Virus record (IMG/VR): IMGVR_UViG_3300036772_000367
Span: 1 to 64,000 of that record
Origin: a virus
Length of the DNA: 64,000 nt
Strand: one strand, 5' to 3'
Positions 41,567 to 52,070 of this stretch are shown here, piece by piece. Under the pieces are notes generated by a model. It worked only from the letters and a program-made list of their open reading frames with translations, made no database searches and was not told the DNA's origin. Position 1 is the stretch's first letter. Each line of letters opens with the position of its first letter. A program made the translations under genes and the position numbers.

Positions 41567-41759
41567 GTCCGTTTCCGAGGAAGTCTGGGTTGCGACGCAA
41601 CAAAGGATCGCTGAAATCCTACGGACTCATCAGTTTGATGAAAGTCGCCTCGATGGTTACTGCTTCTGCGGTAATCCGATGGGTGATCAGGACGAACATC
41701 AAGCTGACGCTCTGATCCAGGATGGCATCGTCCCGCTGGAGAGGTCGTCCCATGGCTGA
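41550..41759 (+). CDS. small Zn-binding protein
   Basis: H...CFCG...HQAD. Confidence 0.5.
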   Translation: MPDVAESVSEEVWVATQQRIAEILRTHQFDESRLDGYCFCGNPMGDQDEHQADALIQDGIVPLERSSHG

Positions 41760-41967
41760 TGCGATAGGCGTCCGCAGGCTGACGAGGGACAACTTCCATG
41801 CTGTCGGTCGGTGGGCTCAGTCCGACGACTACTGGCCCCTGCACGCACCACGACCGGCTTTGTTCTGGTGGTCCGCACCACACGCAGTTCGTCGAGCCCA
41901 TCTCGGTGACATCATCGTTAAATGCGGCACATATGTGCTCATCCTTCATAGGAGGACCCGTGACTGA
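41752..41967 (+). CDS. hypothetical protein
   Basis: GAGAGG RBS; AHLGDIIVK. Confidence 0.45.
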   Translation: MADAIGVRRLTRDNFHAVGRWAQSDDYWPLHAPRPALFWWSAPHAVRRAHLGDIIVKCGTYVLILHRRTRD

Positions 41968-43795
41968 TCTCTGGGTGGAGGCGTCGCGGGACGTCGAAGC
42001 CGAAGTGTTCGCGACCCGTATGGCGTACGCCAAGGTGGCGTCGGCATCCCTCTGGCCCTTCTTGGCCAGTGCCCAGAGTGACGGGGAGTTCAACCACCGG
42101 CTGGCGTTGTCCTACGAGACCCTCGCGGCCCGGGTTGAACCGGAACTCGTGGACTCCCTGGTGGCCTCCCTGCGGGAGGATTACCAGTCACTGCGGCCGT
42201 CCACAGCAGCGTCCACAGGAGTAGGGCCACTGACGCCCGGCAGTACGCCCCACAGCCCCCAGTTCACGGTGACGTCCTCGTCGAACGTGACTCTCACCGA
42301 TCCCGTGATGCAGATGTGGCATGTGGGTTCGCAGAAATGGGTGCAGATCGTCGCAGCCGCCCAAGAATCTCCGCAGAACCCCAATTACATTCCAGCCCTG
42401 GAGGCCGGACCGGAAACTGGAGAAACAGGAACATTCCCACAAGAAGTGAATGGACCTGATCCCTGGAATCCCATTAACGGCAATCTGCCCTTGCCTCCCA
42501 GTAATGTCATCCCGCCGGCCAATCGTTTCCCGGCACAGCCACAGCAGTGGTCAGTGCCACCCAACGCCGGTTGGGTAGAGAACCCCATGCAGTTCGGGCC
42601 GTACCGGTCTGCCCAGCTCAGCACCCATGCGGACGCCAACACTAACCCAGTTCAGCAGATGCAGTCGGGGCCCCTCTCGTACACTGACGAGGGAGTAGAG
42701 ACGGGGACCGGGCAGAACCCGTATTACTTCGGCCAGGGTGATGAGGGACTCCAGAGCCAGGATGGTGGATTCCCGCCGGATCCTTCTCTGGCCGAGCCCA
42801 ACGAGCGGGTGGACATGTACCAGAATGCCCAGCCGAATGCCCAGTACATGGGCTATGAGCAGGGGTACATGGCTGCTCTCCACCAGGCCAATCAGTACAT
42901 CCACCCGGCCGAGGGTGGTGGGTTCAACGTCGTGCAGAAGGGCACTGGCAAGGTGTTGAGCCACCACGACTCCCAGGAGGACGCCGAGGCCAGCTTCCGG
43001 GCGATGGAGTGGCACAAGCACCAGGGTGTCCAGCAGGCGCCGGTCCAGTTCTTCGATGCGACCCTGCACCGCACCGCTGACCAGGGTATGGACAGCGGAA
43101 ACCAGATGGCCGGTAACCCGTACATGACCTCGGGTAATCAGCTCGCCCCGGCCAATCCAGTGCAGGCACCGCCAGCGATGCAGCAGGGTGGCCCGGGAGC
43201 CGAGGCGATGCCACCGATGGGCGCAGGAGGTCCTACACCGGGTCAGAACTCTCCCGGTGGTATGGGGCCCTCCGATCCTGGTGGGAGCGACGTAGCAGCC
43301 AAGACAGGGGTCGCTATCACCCATCTGAGTGCCGGACCCCCACCACGAGGTGGCTGGCTGCCCCGCGTCACGGCCCGGCAGTACCTGCGGCAGGTAGAAG
43401 CCGATGAGTACCGGGGTCGCCCCACCCGGGAGGACCCTACGGGTGCTGGTGACGACTACACGGCCAGGACGTGGGAGAACCAGCTCAACCAGAGCCCACG
43501 TCAGGACACCGAGGACCGTGGTGCCAACACACCGCAGCGTCCGCAGGAGCCGATCCCGACGATCTCCTCGTCGGATCGGCAACCAGCCCAGAACGATGAT
43601 GAAATGGACGAAAGGGACAGAGAGCGAGAGGCATCCCTGAACGTCTACAGTGGAATAGGACAAAACGGACCACCCTATCTGACCAGGGATTCGTGGCAGA
43701 CTTCCCCCCAGGGCGGCGCGGCGCAAAACTCGCTTTTGAAGATCATCAATGCTTCGGTTTCTCGCGCATTGGTTCAGACCAGAGGGGCACGTTGA
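41960..43795 (+). CDS. virion head-associated protein, low complexity
   Basis: GTG after AGGAGG; contains QKGTGKVLSHHDSQEDAEASFRAM module. Confidence 0.72.
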   Translation: MTDLWVEASRDVEAEVFATRMAYAKVASASLWPFLASAQSDGEFNHRLALSYETLAARVEPELVDSLVASLREDYQSLRPSTAASTGVGPLTPGSTPHSPQFTVTSSSNVTLTDPVMQMWHVGSQKWVQIVAAAQESPQNPNYIPALEAGPETGETGTFPQEVNGPDPWNPINGNLPLPPSNVIPPANRFPAQPQQWSVPPNAGWVENPMQFGPYRSAQLSTHADANTNPVQQMQSGPLSYTDEGVETGTGQNPYYFGQGDEGLQSQDGGFPPDPSLAEPNERVDMYQNAQPNAQYMGYEQGYMAALHQANQYIHPAEGGGFNVVQKGTGKVLSHHDSQEDAEASFRAMEWHKHQGVQQAPVQFFDATLHRTADQGMDSGNQMAGNPYMTSGNQLAPANPVQAPPAMQQGGPGAEAMPPMGAGGPTPGQNSPGGMGPSDPGGSDVAAKTGVAITHLSAGPPPRGGWLPRVTARQYLRQVEADEYRGRPTREDPTGAGDDYTARTWENQLNQSPRQDTEDRGANTPQRPQEPIPTISSSDRQPAQNDDEMDERDREREASLNVYSGIGQNGPPYLTRDSWQTSPQGGAAQNSLLKIINASVSRALVQTRGAR

Positions 43796-44487
43796 TGTCC
43801 GCTCTCTCACTTCCTCCACCGACCCCCATCCTGTGTCTGGGATGTGGTGCCACCGGTTCGGTGGATCGAGTCACAGCCCACCTGCAATGCCAGTGTGGCT
43901 CGACCGACCTGGACCTGTACACCGCGTCGCCCGAGCAGCAGGCCCACATTGCCGCCCTACGTCCTCCCCAGCGTCCTGGCTCGGTTTCTAAGCCAGTTCC
44001 CTTCGCTCAGTGGATGACAGGCCGTGTGGCGATCAATGAAGGGCCACAGCAGCAGCGTCGGTCTCCCGTCGGTACCGAGATTCCCGGCTGGAACGAGTAC
44101 GCCGGACCCAAAGCGTCCCCGAACTCGATGCAGAACGGCATCGGCACCCCGTACGTCTGCCCGGTGTGTCATGGCACCGGCTTTGACCTCCAGGACGGCG
44201 GCACATGCCGGATGTGTGGTGGCGCGAAGATCATCACGCCGAACGCGGACGAACACCAGGAAGTACCGGCGGTAGCTCGGCATGACTATCCGTCCAATCA
44301 GACACAGGTGCCCTTCCTGGGTAAGCGCAAGTCAAAGAAGACCACCACGAACAACACCACGACGAAGCAGAACTCCAATCCGCTGGCGACGCTCGTGGCC
44401 ACCATCCAGCACAGTAATCCAGGACTGTCCCGTGCCGCAGCGCTAGATCTGGCGCAACGCACGCTGCACTATGCGGGGAGCCGCTGA
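43795..44487 (+). CDS. zinc-finger protein (DnaJ-like CxxCxGxG)
   Basis: CLGCG, CQCGS, CPVCHGTG, CRMCGG. Confidence 0.7.
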   Translation: MSALSLPPPTPILCLGCGATGSVDRVTAHLQCQCGSTDLDLYTASPEQQAHIAALRPPQRPGSVSKPVPFAQWMTGRVAINEGPQQQRRSPVGTEIPGWNEYAGPKASPNSMQNGIGTPYVCPVCHGTGFDLQDGGTCRMCGGAKIITPNADEHQEVPAVARHDYPSNQTQVPFLGKRKSKKTTTNNTTTKQNSNPLATLVATIQHSNPGLSRAAALDLAQRTLHYAGSR

Positions 44488-44490
44488 CCC

Positions 44491-45039
44491 ATGAGCATTC
44501 TGCGTGAGGGACGCTTGGCCACCTATATCGGCGAGGGTGATGACTTCGGTGCGCAAGTCGAGGTGCTCTCACTGGAGAACCGCGCGGCGTGGGGGAGATT
44601 CGTGACCGGCGCACGCACCGGAGAGATCGAGCTGATCGAGGACCTCGATCTCACGCCGGCCGAGCCACGCTCACGTTATGCCAGGCTCGACCCTGTTGTG
44701 GTTCCCGTTTCACCCGTGAGCGCCCCTGTGGTGGTCATAGCGGCCCGGGATGACCTGGACGACTCCTTGGACGTTGGGTTGCCCTTGCGGGTGGGTGTAG
44801 CTCAGGTACAGCACACGCAAGGCACTCTGGGTGTACTGACCATGCTGGCCACTCGGGGGGATCTCCAACGGTTGTCCACTGTCGTGGACGAGGCGTTCAT
44901 GGTGGTGGCCAACCGCATCCGCCAGGATCCCAATGTCCGCACCGTCATCGCACAGCTCGACGACGAGGATGCCGAGAACCTGGTGCAGATGGCATCGTTG
45001 ACGTTGTTGCACTCGGCCTTCGGAGAGCAGCGACAGTGA
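44491..45039 (+). CDS. hypothetical structural-region protein
   Basis: ORF in gene array. Confidence 0.65.
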   Translation: MSILREGRLATYIGEGDDFGAQVEVLSLENRAAWGRFVTGARTGEIELIEDLDLTPAEPRSRYARLDPVVVPVSPVSAPVVVIAARDDLDDSLDVGLPLRVGVAQVQHTQGTLGVLTMLATRGDLQRLSTVVDEAFMVVANRIRQDPNVRTVIAQLDDEDAENLVQMASLTLLHSAFGEQRQ

Positions 45040-45710
45040 CGTTGATGCTGCATGTCGCCACGTCAGTCGAGGATCACGTCGACCGACTGGTAGCGGGGAC
45101 CGATCTGGAAGGCAATGAGAGTATGCGTAAGCACATTGCCAAGGTCGTCGCGACTGTGCCTGAGCAGCATCTGGCGACATTGGGCAGCATCTCTATCAAG
45201 CCAGACAAGGACCCTAATACGCGCGGTCGATACCGGAGCCGTGGCTATTCGGCCCGTACCAAGCAACCCGTTCCCGCATCTATCACCTTCACGCCGCATG
45301 TGGTGAACGATGAGAAGGGGTACCACTCAGAGATTCGCGACTCTGAGAAGAAAGGTTGGCTGCGACGGACAGGTTTGCCAGGCGTGCAGGCGACCTTGCA
45401 TCATGAAGTAGGTCATCATCTCTATGATGCTATGAATCAAAAGCAGCATGATGCCATGTGGACTGAGGTTGGGGCACAACCAGAGTTCAAGCCACCCAAT
45501 ACTCGTAGTGCCCAACCCATTGGTCCGCGCTTCATTCGTAGTAATCGATCCAATATGGTCAATCAAGTCGGTGTATATGGCGCATACAATGAACGTGAAG
45601 CTGCATCTGAACTGTATGCGCAGCATCACGGGAAGTATCCCACTGAGGCATCACACATTGCATTTCGCCATATGACGGGAGGGACCGATGAAGATCCCGG
45701 GGCCTCGTGA
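45036..45710 (+). CDS. zincin metallopeptidase (HExxH)
   Basis: TLHHEVGHH...YGAYNEREAASELY. Confidence 0.75.
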   Translation: MTLMLHVATSVEDHVDRLVAGTDLEGNESMRKHIAKVVATVPEQHLATLGSISIKPDKDPNTRGRYRSRGYSARTKQPVPASITFTPHVVNDEKGYHSEIRDSEKKGWLRRTGLPGVQATLHHEVGHHLYDAMNQKQHDAMWTEVGAQPEFKPPNTRSAQPIGPRFIRSNRSNMVNQVGVYGAYNEREAASELYAQHHGKYPTEASHIAFRHMTGGTDEDPGAS

Positions 45711-47877
45711 AGTCGGTGCGGTACTCGCTGGAGTATTGAGCGAACCGCCCTCGCTTGCTCGTGATCGTGCGCTGGCCATCCTGAGTGGAGAGGCACACAC
45801 GGCAGCCACTATCCCAGCCGGTTGGGAAGGCGCGCAGGGACCGTTCCGTAGTGACTACAACGAGCCGCATGTCTACGCTCGTGACATTCATTCCGGCGCC
45901 GGTAACTGTGTCTGCGGTGCTGGATTGCAAGAGCGAGTTCATCTCCAAGCAGCTCCGGGTGTAGAGATACCTGACAGAATGCGCACCACAGCATTCCCTA
46001 CGAGGGAGTGCGATAACTGCGGCGGTAGGATGTCACCTCGGTGGCCACGTACCAGACTCGATGATGGACGAATGGTGTGCCCCATGTGCGCTCAGAACGG
46101 GCCGCGTACCGCTGTGATCATGCCTAAGGAGTGGCTGAATTGGGCACGACAGCCGCGACTCGCGGGCCTCTCTCCTCACGATCGTGAATGGCATCACGGG
46201 TGGGATCTGGGATATGACCACGGTCGTGCCAGCGAGCCAGATCTCAGTGAGAGGGATCGAGCGTTTCACCGCTCGGCGCACAAAGAGCAGTTCTCCCAGG
46301 GATACTCTCATGGACTGCATTCCGGTCTGGATCAGACGACATCTTCGTCCACCACATCCGTGGTCGCCGTGCGGGATGACGGACAACTGCGGGTGCTGGC
46401 TCATGACTCTGGTTCGGTGGAGGTCATCTACCACTGCTTCGCAGGAGAGACGCGCTATCTCACCAAGGAGGGCACGAAGACCTTCGCTGAGACTGCGGGC
46501 ACCGTTCAAGAAGTGTTGACCTCTGCGGGTATTGCCAATGACCGTGGTCGGTGGGCGGAAGCCATCATCCATAGCTTCGGTCCGCAGCCAGTCATGACAG
46601 TGCGACTACGTCGCAACAAGGTTGTTAAAACCATTCGCGCCACACATAACCACGAATGGAACATTTTGGGTCGTAATAAGGCCCATCGTGTGGTGACCAC
46701 TCAGGATCTGAAGCCTGGTATGCGGATGGCCCACCTGCGAGCGCGGGGATACTTCTATGAGCCTGAGCATGAGGCTATTCGCATGGGCTTCGTCTTCGGT
46801 GATGGCGCTATTCTGCAACGTCCCCAACAGACATATGGTGTGGCAGTTCTCTGGGGGCCGAAGCGAGATCTGGCCAAATACTTTGATGAAGTATGTACGA
46901 CCGCCCCCCGGGAACGCACCACGATCAATGATGTACCGGGACTGGCATACACCTCCGGCATGGTGGGCTACACCAAAACACTGCCCCCGTTGACGGCACC
47001 ACTGGAGTACCTGCACGGCTGGTTGATGGGATACTTCGCCGCTGACGGCTCGGTCACTAAGACCAACATCAGCATGACGTCTTCAGTGCTGGAGAACCTT
47101 CAGCACGTGCGGGATGTAGCTATCCTATTGGGTATCGGTACTTATTCCATTACCTCGAAGTGGCGCACTGGGTTTGGTGTGACCTCGCAGATCCACACAC
47201 TCGGTTTTTCGGGTAAGGACATGGGTACGTCATTCTTCTTGCGGCATGACCATCAGGATGCCTACGACCTGCGTGACGAACGAGGCACCAATGACCGTGA
47301 GCGTTTCGGGTGGACAGTCGATGCCATTGAGGACACTGGTGAGGTCACCCCCGTCTACTGCGCTCGCGTACCGGAGACCGGCACCTTCGTGCTGGAAGAC
47401 AACATCTGGACCCGAAACTGTCCCTTCTGTGGTTCTGGTCAGGTGATCGCGCGTTCGGATGGCACTGTCATGTGCGAGTTCTGCAACTCTTCCTTCACCG
47501 TGCAGGTGCAGCCGGAGTTCTCGGCGTTCCCCCAGACCGTCGATGGTCAGCCGGTACAGATTCCTGGTCTGCCACCCGACTCCAACCAGGACGCGGGTGG
47601 TCTGCCTCCTGATGAGGGTGCACCAGGCGACCCCACGGCCGAGGACAACGTGCCGAACGATGCTGAGGAGAACGGCCCGCCCGAGGACGGCGACAACACC
47701 GAGGACGAGCCCATCGACTCCGGCGGCAATCCCTTGTTTAACAAGCACTCCTACCGCACCGCTTCGGGTCATGCCCTGTCCGAACTGGAGTATGTTCGTC
47801 ATCTTGCCTTGAAGATCACTCCCGACCGGAAGAATGTGCTCGCACGTATCCGGTTGGAGAGAGCAGCAGGTGACTGA
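45688..47877 (+). CDS. multi-module zinc-ribbon protein with intein
   Basis: CDNC...CPMC; spliced product gives YH-CPFCGSG...CEFC. Confidence 0.8.
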   Translation: MKIPGPREVGAVLAGVLSEPPSLARDRALAILSGEAHTAATIPAGWEGAQGPFRSDYNEPHVYARDIHSGAGNCVCGAGLQERVHLQAAPGVEIPDRMRTTAFPTRECDNCGGRMSPRWPRTRLDDGRMVCPMCAQNGPRTAVIMPKEWLNWARQPRLAGLSPHDREWHHGWDLGYDHGRASEPDLSERDRAFHRSAHKEQFSQGYSHGLHSGLDQTTSSSTTSVVAVRDDGQLRVLAHDSGSVEVIYHCFAGETRYLTKEGTKTFAETAGTVQEVLTSAGIANDRGRWAEAIIHSFGPQPVMTVRLRRNKVVKTIRATHNHEWNILGRNKAHRVVTTQDLKPGMRMAHLRARGYFYEPEHEAIRMGFVFGDGAILQRPQQTYGVAVLWGPKRDLAKYFDEVCTTAPRERTTINDVPGLAYTSGMVGYTKTLPPLTAPLEYLHGWLMGYFAADGSVTKTNISMTSSVLENLQHVRDVAILLGIGTYSITSKWRTGFGVTSQIHTLGFSGKDMGTSFFLRHDHQDAYDLRDERGTNDRERFGWTVDAIEDTGEVTPVYCARVPETGTFVLEDNIWTRNCPFCGSGQVIARSDGTVMCEFCNSSFTVQVQPEFSAFPQTVDGQPVQIPGLPPDSNQDAGGLPPDEGAPGDPTAEDNVPNDAEENGPPEDGDNTEDEPIDSGGNPLFNKHSYRTASGHALSELEYVRHLALKITPDRKNVLARIRLERAAGD
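46435..47418 (+). mobile_element. intein with LAGLIDADG endonuclease (328 aa)
   Basis: CFAGET block A, ATHNHEW block B, GFVFGDG/GYFAADG, VYC...WTRN-C. Confidence 0.9.
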
Positions 47878-48161
47878 TGTTCGGTGCACACCGTCATGTC
47901 CCGATGATCGACGTGGTCTTCAGCGCACGACCTGATCTGACCGGACAGACCGTCTATCGACACGTGGAGTACAACAACACGGCGGTGGTGTTCGGGAGTT
48001 GGGTGAACCGTCCAGATGGCACTGTGGCGTTCCGGTTCTGGCCGGCGGATTTCCGGCCGGTGGGGTGGCGGGACCGGGTGTGGATGTGGTGGACCGGTTC
48101 ACCCACACCACGTGGCAGATGGGCCTATCCGATCAAGCCTGAACCACCACGGGAGGAATGA
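47877..48161 (+). CDS. hypothetical protein
   Basis: TGATG coupling. Confidence 0.5.
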   Translation: MFGAHRHVPMIDVVFSARPDLTGQTVYRHVEYNNTAVVFGSWVNRPDGTVAFRFWPADFRPVGWRDRVWMWWTGSPTPRGRWAYPIKPEPPREE

Positions 48162-48164
48162 TCT

Positions 48165-51100
48165 GTGACCGACCCAGGATTTCAGGTCAATGACCGACGT
48201 CGCACCACGAGGACGTCGGGCCTTGTCGTGGGCGGCTCCGTGGACGACGCCAAGGAATATGCCCGTCGCATGGGTCGGATGCCGCGCGAGGGCGTCACCT
48301 ACACCGGCATGGGTGATACCAACCCCTACTCACGCCAGTTCTCCCGCAACCGCTCCGAGGAGCAGGTTGTCGAGGAGATGCGCCTGAACCGGCGGGTCGC
48401 CTCACGTCGTACCGCGACGGCTGGTGGGACCACTGGGATTCCTGGTGGCGGGATGGCAGGGAATAACGTCAGCTTCGCTACGGGTCGACCACGTGACCCG
48501 ATGTTTTACTGGCGGCAATCGAACATTCCTTATGACGTCACCAAAGACGACGAGCTCAAGAAGATTCGTGAGTTTTGCAATACGCCAGAAGCTCCGATCT
48601 GGATGGGCGACTATTCATTCAAGCCCATCAGTGAGGTGCAGTCGGGTGATGAGGTAATTGGTTGGCAGTACAACACTGGTCCGAGTGGTGGTCAGCGTAA
48701 GAAGCTTGTGCGTACCAAGGTGCTCGCTGTGAAGCGTCGCGTCGCACCCCAGGTCGTGCGTATCACGATGGAGTCAGGCAAGGTCATTCGTTGTACCCCC
48801 GATCATCAGTGGGCGAATTACTCGTACTCACCCACTCAGAGGGAGGTACTCGATCGTCGTATCATGAAGGCGACGGGACAACCGCGCAATAAGCCGATTG
48901 CGTGGAAACAACCTGAGTACAGGGCTGCACAAGTGGGCGGTTATCTCACGTCTTTCATTGAACCCACGCCCGAGTTGACGGATGACAAGCAACGCATGGC
49001 TGCCATGTGGCTAGCGGGATTGTATGACGGCGAAGGCTGCGGCAATGAGCTAGGACAAAGCGCGACCCACAATCCAGCAGTATGTCAGCGTATCAAGGAT
49101 TCATTGGAAACACTGGGTCTGCCGTGGACTCAACAACCGAATGCTATCTACATTCGAGAAGCTGGACAAGGATATCGTTGGGGTGCACACCAGGATATGG
49201 TGAACTTCCTCAACTGGACTGAGCCGACCCGCAAGACCACCAAGCAGAATGATGCTGCGATCCTGGTGCGCCCTAGTGGTGGCAAGGACCGTGTCGTGTC
49301 CATCGAGTCCGAGGGCCCTGGTGAAGTCGTCTCCATGCAGACGGAGACGGGCAATTACGTGGCATGGGGCTATGCCTCAAAGAACTGTAGACTGTTATAC
49401 CTGACTCACCCGGTGATCGCGGCGTGTACCGACATCTTCACCAAGTTTCCATTGCAAGGCATGGAGCTGGAATGCAAGGACGACCAGCTCAAGGATTTCT
49501 ACGAGACATTGTTTTTCGACCAACTCGACTACCCCAACTACCTGAAGGACCTGGGCCGCGAGTACTGGTTGGTCGGTGAGGCATGGCCACTCGGGTCGTT
49601 CAACGAGATCCTGGGTGTCTGGGAGGACGAGGAGCTTCTCAATCCCGATGACGTTCAGGTGGAACGGTCACCGTTCTTGCGCGACCCGCGCTTCCTGATC
49701 AAGCTGCCGGAGACGCTGCGGCGTGTGCTGCAACAGCGCTCGCCTGCGTGGGAATACGACAAGCTGATGAGGGCGTACCCCGAGCTGGCTGCCTATGCCG
49801 GGGACGATGCTCTGATGCCAGTGAGCAACATCCTGCTGAAGCAGTTGCGTTTCAAGGGCGACACGTTCCACAAGCGCGGCATTCCTATCCTCATGCGCGG
49901 CTTTCGGGCCATCGTGCAGGAAGAGATGCTGAACACCGCGCTGGATGCCATCGCCGACCGCTTGTATACCCCGCTGATCCTGGCCAAGTTGGGTGCATCC
50001 GCTACAGACCTGGGTACCGACATGCCCTGGGTGCCCACCCAGCTCGACCTGGAGAACTTCGAAGAGGCTGTCGATGCCGCCCTGGCCGGAGACTTCCGGG
50101 TCATCACCCATCACTTCGCCACCGACATGGCGCCCGTTTTCGGTCGAGAGAACATGCCTGACCTCTCTGCCGACTTCGATCGCGTGCTTGATCGCATCCT
50201 CATGGTATATGGCATTTCTCGCACGATGCTCAACGGCGCAGAACAAGGCGAAACCTATGCGGCCGACGCTCTGAATCGGGATATGGTCAGCCAGACTCTG
50301 GCTGACTACCAGGCTCTGATCAAGGACTTCTTCCGTGATCGCGCCCTGGTAGTAGCCGAAGCACAGGAACATTTTGACTATGACGTACGCGGTGGCAAGC
50401 GCTACGTGAAGATGGAAGAAGTCATTGTTCCGGACGAGGAAACCGGCGAAGAGAAAATCATCGAACAGCCAGCCCTGTTGGTGCCCGAGCTGACGTTCAA
50501 GACCATGACTCTGGCCGATCAGCAAGAGGAACGCCAGTTCATGGAGGCATTGAACCAAGCAGGCGTGCCGGTGCCCTACACGCGGCGGCTCACGGGAACC
50601 GGTTTGGACTTCGACGACATCATTGAGCAGCGGCAGTCCGAACAGGTCGCGTTGGCCGTGGCCGAGCAGGAGACGCGCCGGGAGACCTTCAAGGCCCTGC
50701 GTGATGCTGGGCTGCCTATCCCCGCCGACCTGGCGCAGGACTTCCAGCCGAAGTCCATCCCAGCTGGACAGCCAGCGATGCCCGAGGCGCTGCCTGGCCA
50801 GGATGCGGCCATCCCCACGTTGGGTGCCCTACCTCCCGATCTGCCGGCCCTGGCGCCCAGCATGGAGGATCAACAGCAGACCGACGAGGAAGACGCCAGT
50901 GGGCCACCTGGGGCGGCGAATCCACTAGGCCAGGTCATCATGATGCCGAATGCCAACATGCCCCAGCCGGGAGACCAACGGCCGCCGGAGTCCGACGAAC
51001 AGCGTGGCCGGATGCCTAAGCCCGCGAAGCGCAAGGATGAGCTGGATCCCTACGATCAGTTCCGCGCGCGGCATTTCGGTCAGGTGAAGCAGGCAGCGCG

Positions 51101-51251
51101 AGAGTATTTCACAGCGCCTGACAATTCCGAAGAAGTCTCGCCCTCGCAGTACTATCCTTCGGGGAGGTTCGGCGATCCGCGTCATATCGGAATGCGTGCC
51201 TATGTGGATGTGCCCGAGGAATATCGTGTGCCAGACGAAGACGCATCGTGA
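48165..51251 (+). CDS. portal protein with intein
   Basis: F-CRLLYLTHPVIAACTDIFTKFP; AIADRLYTPLILAKLG; position in head module. Confidence 0.8.
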   Translation: MTDPGFQVNDRRRTTRTSGLVVGGSVDDAKEYARRMGRMPREGVTYTGMGDTNPYSRQFSRNRSEEQVVEEMRLNRRVASRRTATAGGTTGIPGGGMAGNNVSFATGRPRDPMFYWRQSNIPYDVTKDDELKKIREFCNTPEAPIWMGDYSFKPISEVQSGDEVIGWQYNTGPSGGQRKKLVRTKVLAVKRRVAPQVVRITMESGKVIRCTPDHQWANYSYSPTQREVLDRRIMKATGQPRNKPIAWKQPEYRAAQVGGYLTSFIEPTPELTDDKQRMAAMWLAGLYDGEGCGNELGQSATHNPAVCQRIKDSLETLGLPWTQQPNAIYIREAGQGYRWGAHQDMVNFLNWTEPTRKTTKQNDAAILVRPSGGKDRVVSIESEGPGEVVSMQTETGNYVAWGYASKNCRLLYLTHPVIAACTDIFTKFPLQGMELECKDDQLKDFYETLFFDQLDYPNYLKDLGREYWLVGEAWPLGSFNEILGVWEDEELLNPDDVQVERSPFLRDPRFLIKLPETLRRVLQQRSPAWEYDKLMRAYPELAAYAGDDALMPVSNILLKQLRFKGDTFHKRGIPILMRGFRAIVQEEMLNTALDAIADRLYTPLILAKLGASATDLGTDMPWVPTQLDLENFEEAVDAALAGDFRVITHHFATDMAPVFGRENMPDLSADFDRVLDRILMVYGISRTMLNGAEQGETYAADALNRDMVSQTLADYQALIKDFFRDRALVVAEAQEHFDYDVRGGKRYVKMEEVIVPDEETGEEKIIEQPALLVPELTFKTMTLADQQEERQFMEALNQAGVPVPYTRRLTGTGLDFDDIIEQRQSEQVALAVAEQETRRETFKALRDAGLPIPADLAQDFQPKSIPAGQPAMPEALPGQDAAIPTLGALPPDLPALAPSMEDQQQTDEEDASGPPGAANPLGQVIMMPNANMPQPGDQRPPESDEQRGRMPKPAKRKDELDPYDQFRARHFGQVKQAAREYFTAPDNSEEVSPSQYYPSGRFGDPRHIGMRAYVDVPEEYRVPDEDAS
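48576..49385 (+). mobile_element. intein with LAGLIDADG-like domain (270 aa)
   Basis: CNTPEAPI, RCTPDHQW, WLAGLYDGEG, TETGNYVAWGYASKN-C. Confidence 0.9.
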
Positions 51252-51260
51252 GGATATGAC

Positions 51261-51635
51261 ATGTCGCATTTGGTGAAGACCTTGGTTAAAGGACTGGAGT
51301 TGCCGGATGGCAACCTCTATCCCAATATCAATACGACGGTGACGCTTACCGATGAGCAGTTCGCCACTCTCAACGCCAGTGACTTTGTGTCCGACCTACA
51401 AGACCTTGGTGTGGCTTTCACCGCTATCACGGTCACTGCCTCCCCCTTCACCTATACCGTGGCGGCCTCGGGTACTCTCCTGATTAATCCCAGCGGAGCA
51501 ACGATCTCGGCGTTGACCTGGAACACACTCACGGTGCCCCCTGCCACTGCCCTGCTTCCTGTGTTGGCCAACGATGTACTGGTCGTGACTTACACAGGTG
51601 GCACTCCGTTGATGAACATTCGTAATCAGAGCTGA
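51261..51635 (+). CDS. virion structural protein
   Basis: Thr-rich; N-terminus paralogous to next gene. Confidence 0.7.
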   Translation: MSHLVKTLVKGLELPDGNLYPNINTTVTLTDEQFATLNASDFVSDLQDLGVAFTAITVTASPFTYTVAASGTLLINPSGATISALTWNTLTVPPATALLPVLANDVLVVTYTGGTPLMNIRNQS

Positions 51636-51637
51636 GC

Positions 51638-52069
51638 ATGGCACATATTGTCAAGACGTTGGTTCCCGGTATTTCGCTGACGGACGGTAAGTTTTATCCG
51701 TCGGCGAATGCTGTAGTCACTCTGACGGACGCTCAGTATGCGCAATTGTCGCCGAGCGTATTCTACGACAACATCTTGTTGGATTTGGGTACCGGTACGA
51801 CCGTCAGCACGGTACCAGTTGGTCTTCCAACGACATCAACGCAGGGTTCAGGAACACTATCTACTGGCAACGTGGCGGCAGCGGGGACCGTAGTGACCCC
51901 CATGACACAATGGACGATGGTGCATAATCTGGGGTTTTATCCAGCAGCGTTGTGCTGTCTCGATACGCAAGGAAATATCATGTGGCCCAGCTCAATCGAC
52001 TGGCCAGATCTCAACACGATGACGGCTGGTTGGTCACAGCTAGAATCTGGTTCGTGGAAGGTGTCCTGA
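51638..52069 (+). CDS. virion structural protein
   Basis: paralogous N-terminus; WTMVHNLGFYP module. Confidence 0.7.
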   Translation: MAHIVKTLVPGISLTDGKFYPSANAVVTLTDAQYAQLSPSVFYDNILLDLGTGTTVSTVPVGLPTTSTQGSGTLSTGNVAAAGTVVTPMTQWTMVHNLGFYPAALCCLDTQGNIMWPSSIDWPDLNTMTAGWSQLESGSWKVS

Positions 52070-52070
52070 C

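Noticed and set aside
44615-44624. CGCACCGGAG motif inside CDS 44491-45039
   Set aside because: Encodes R-T-G-E with no start codon at the usual spacing; likely chance
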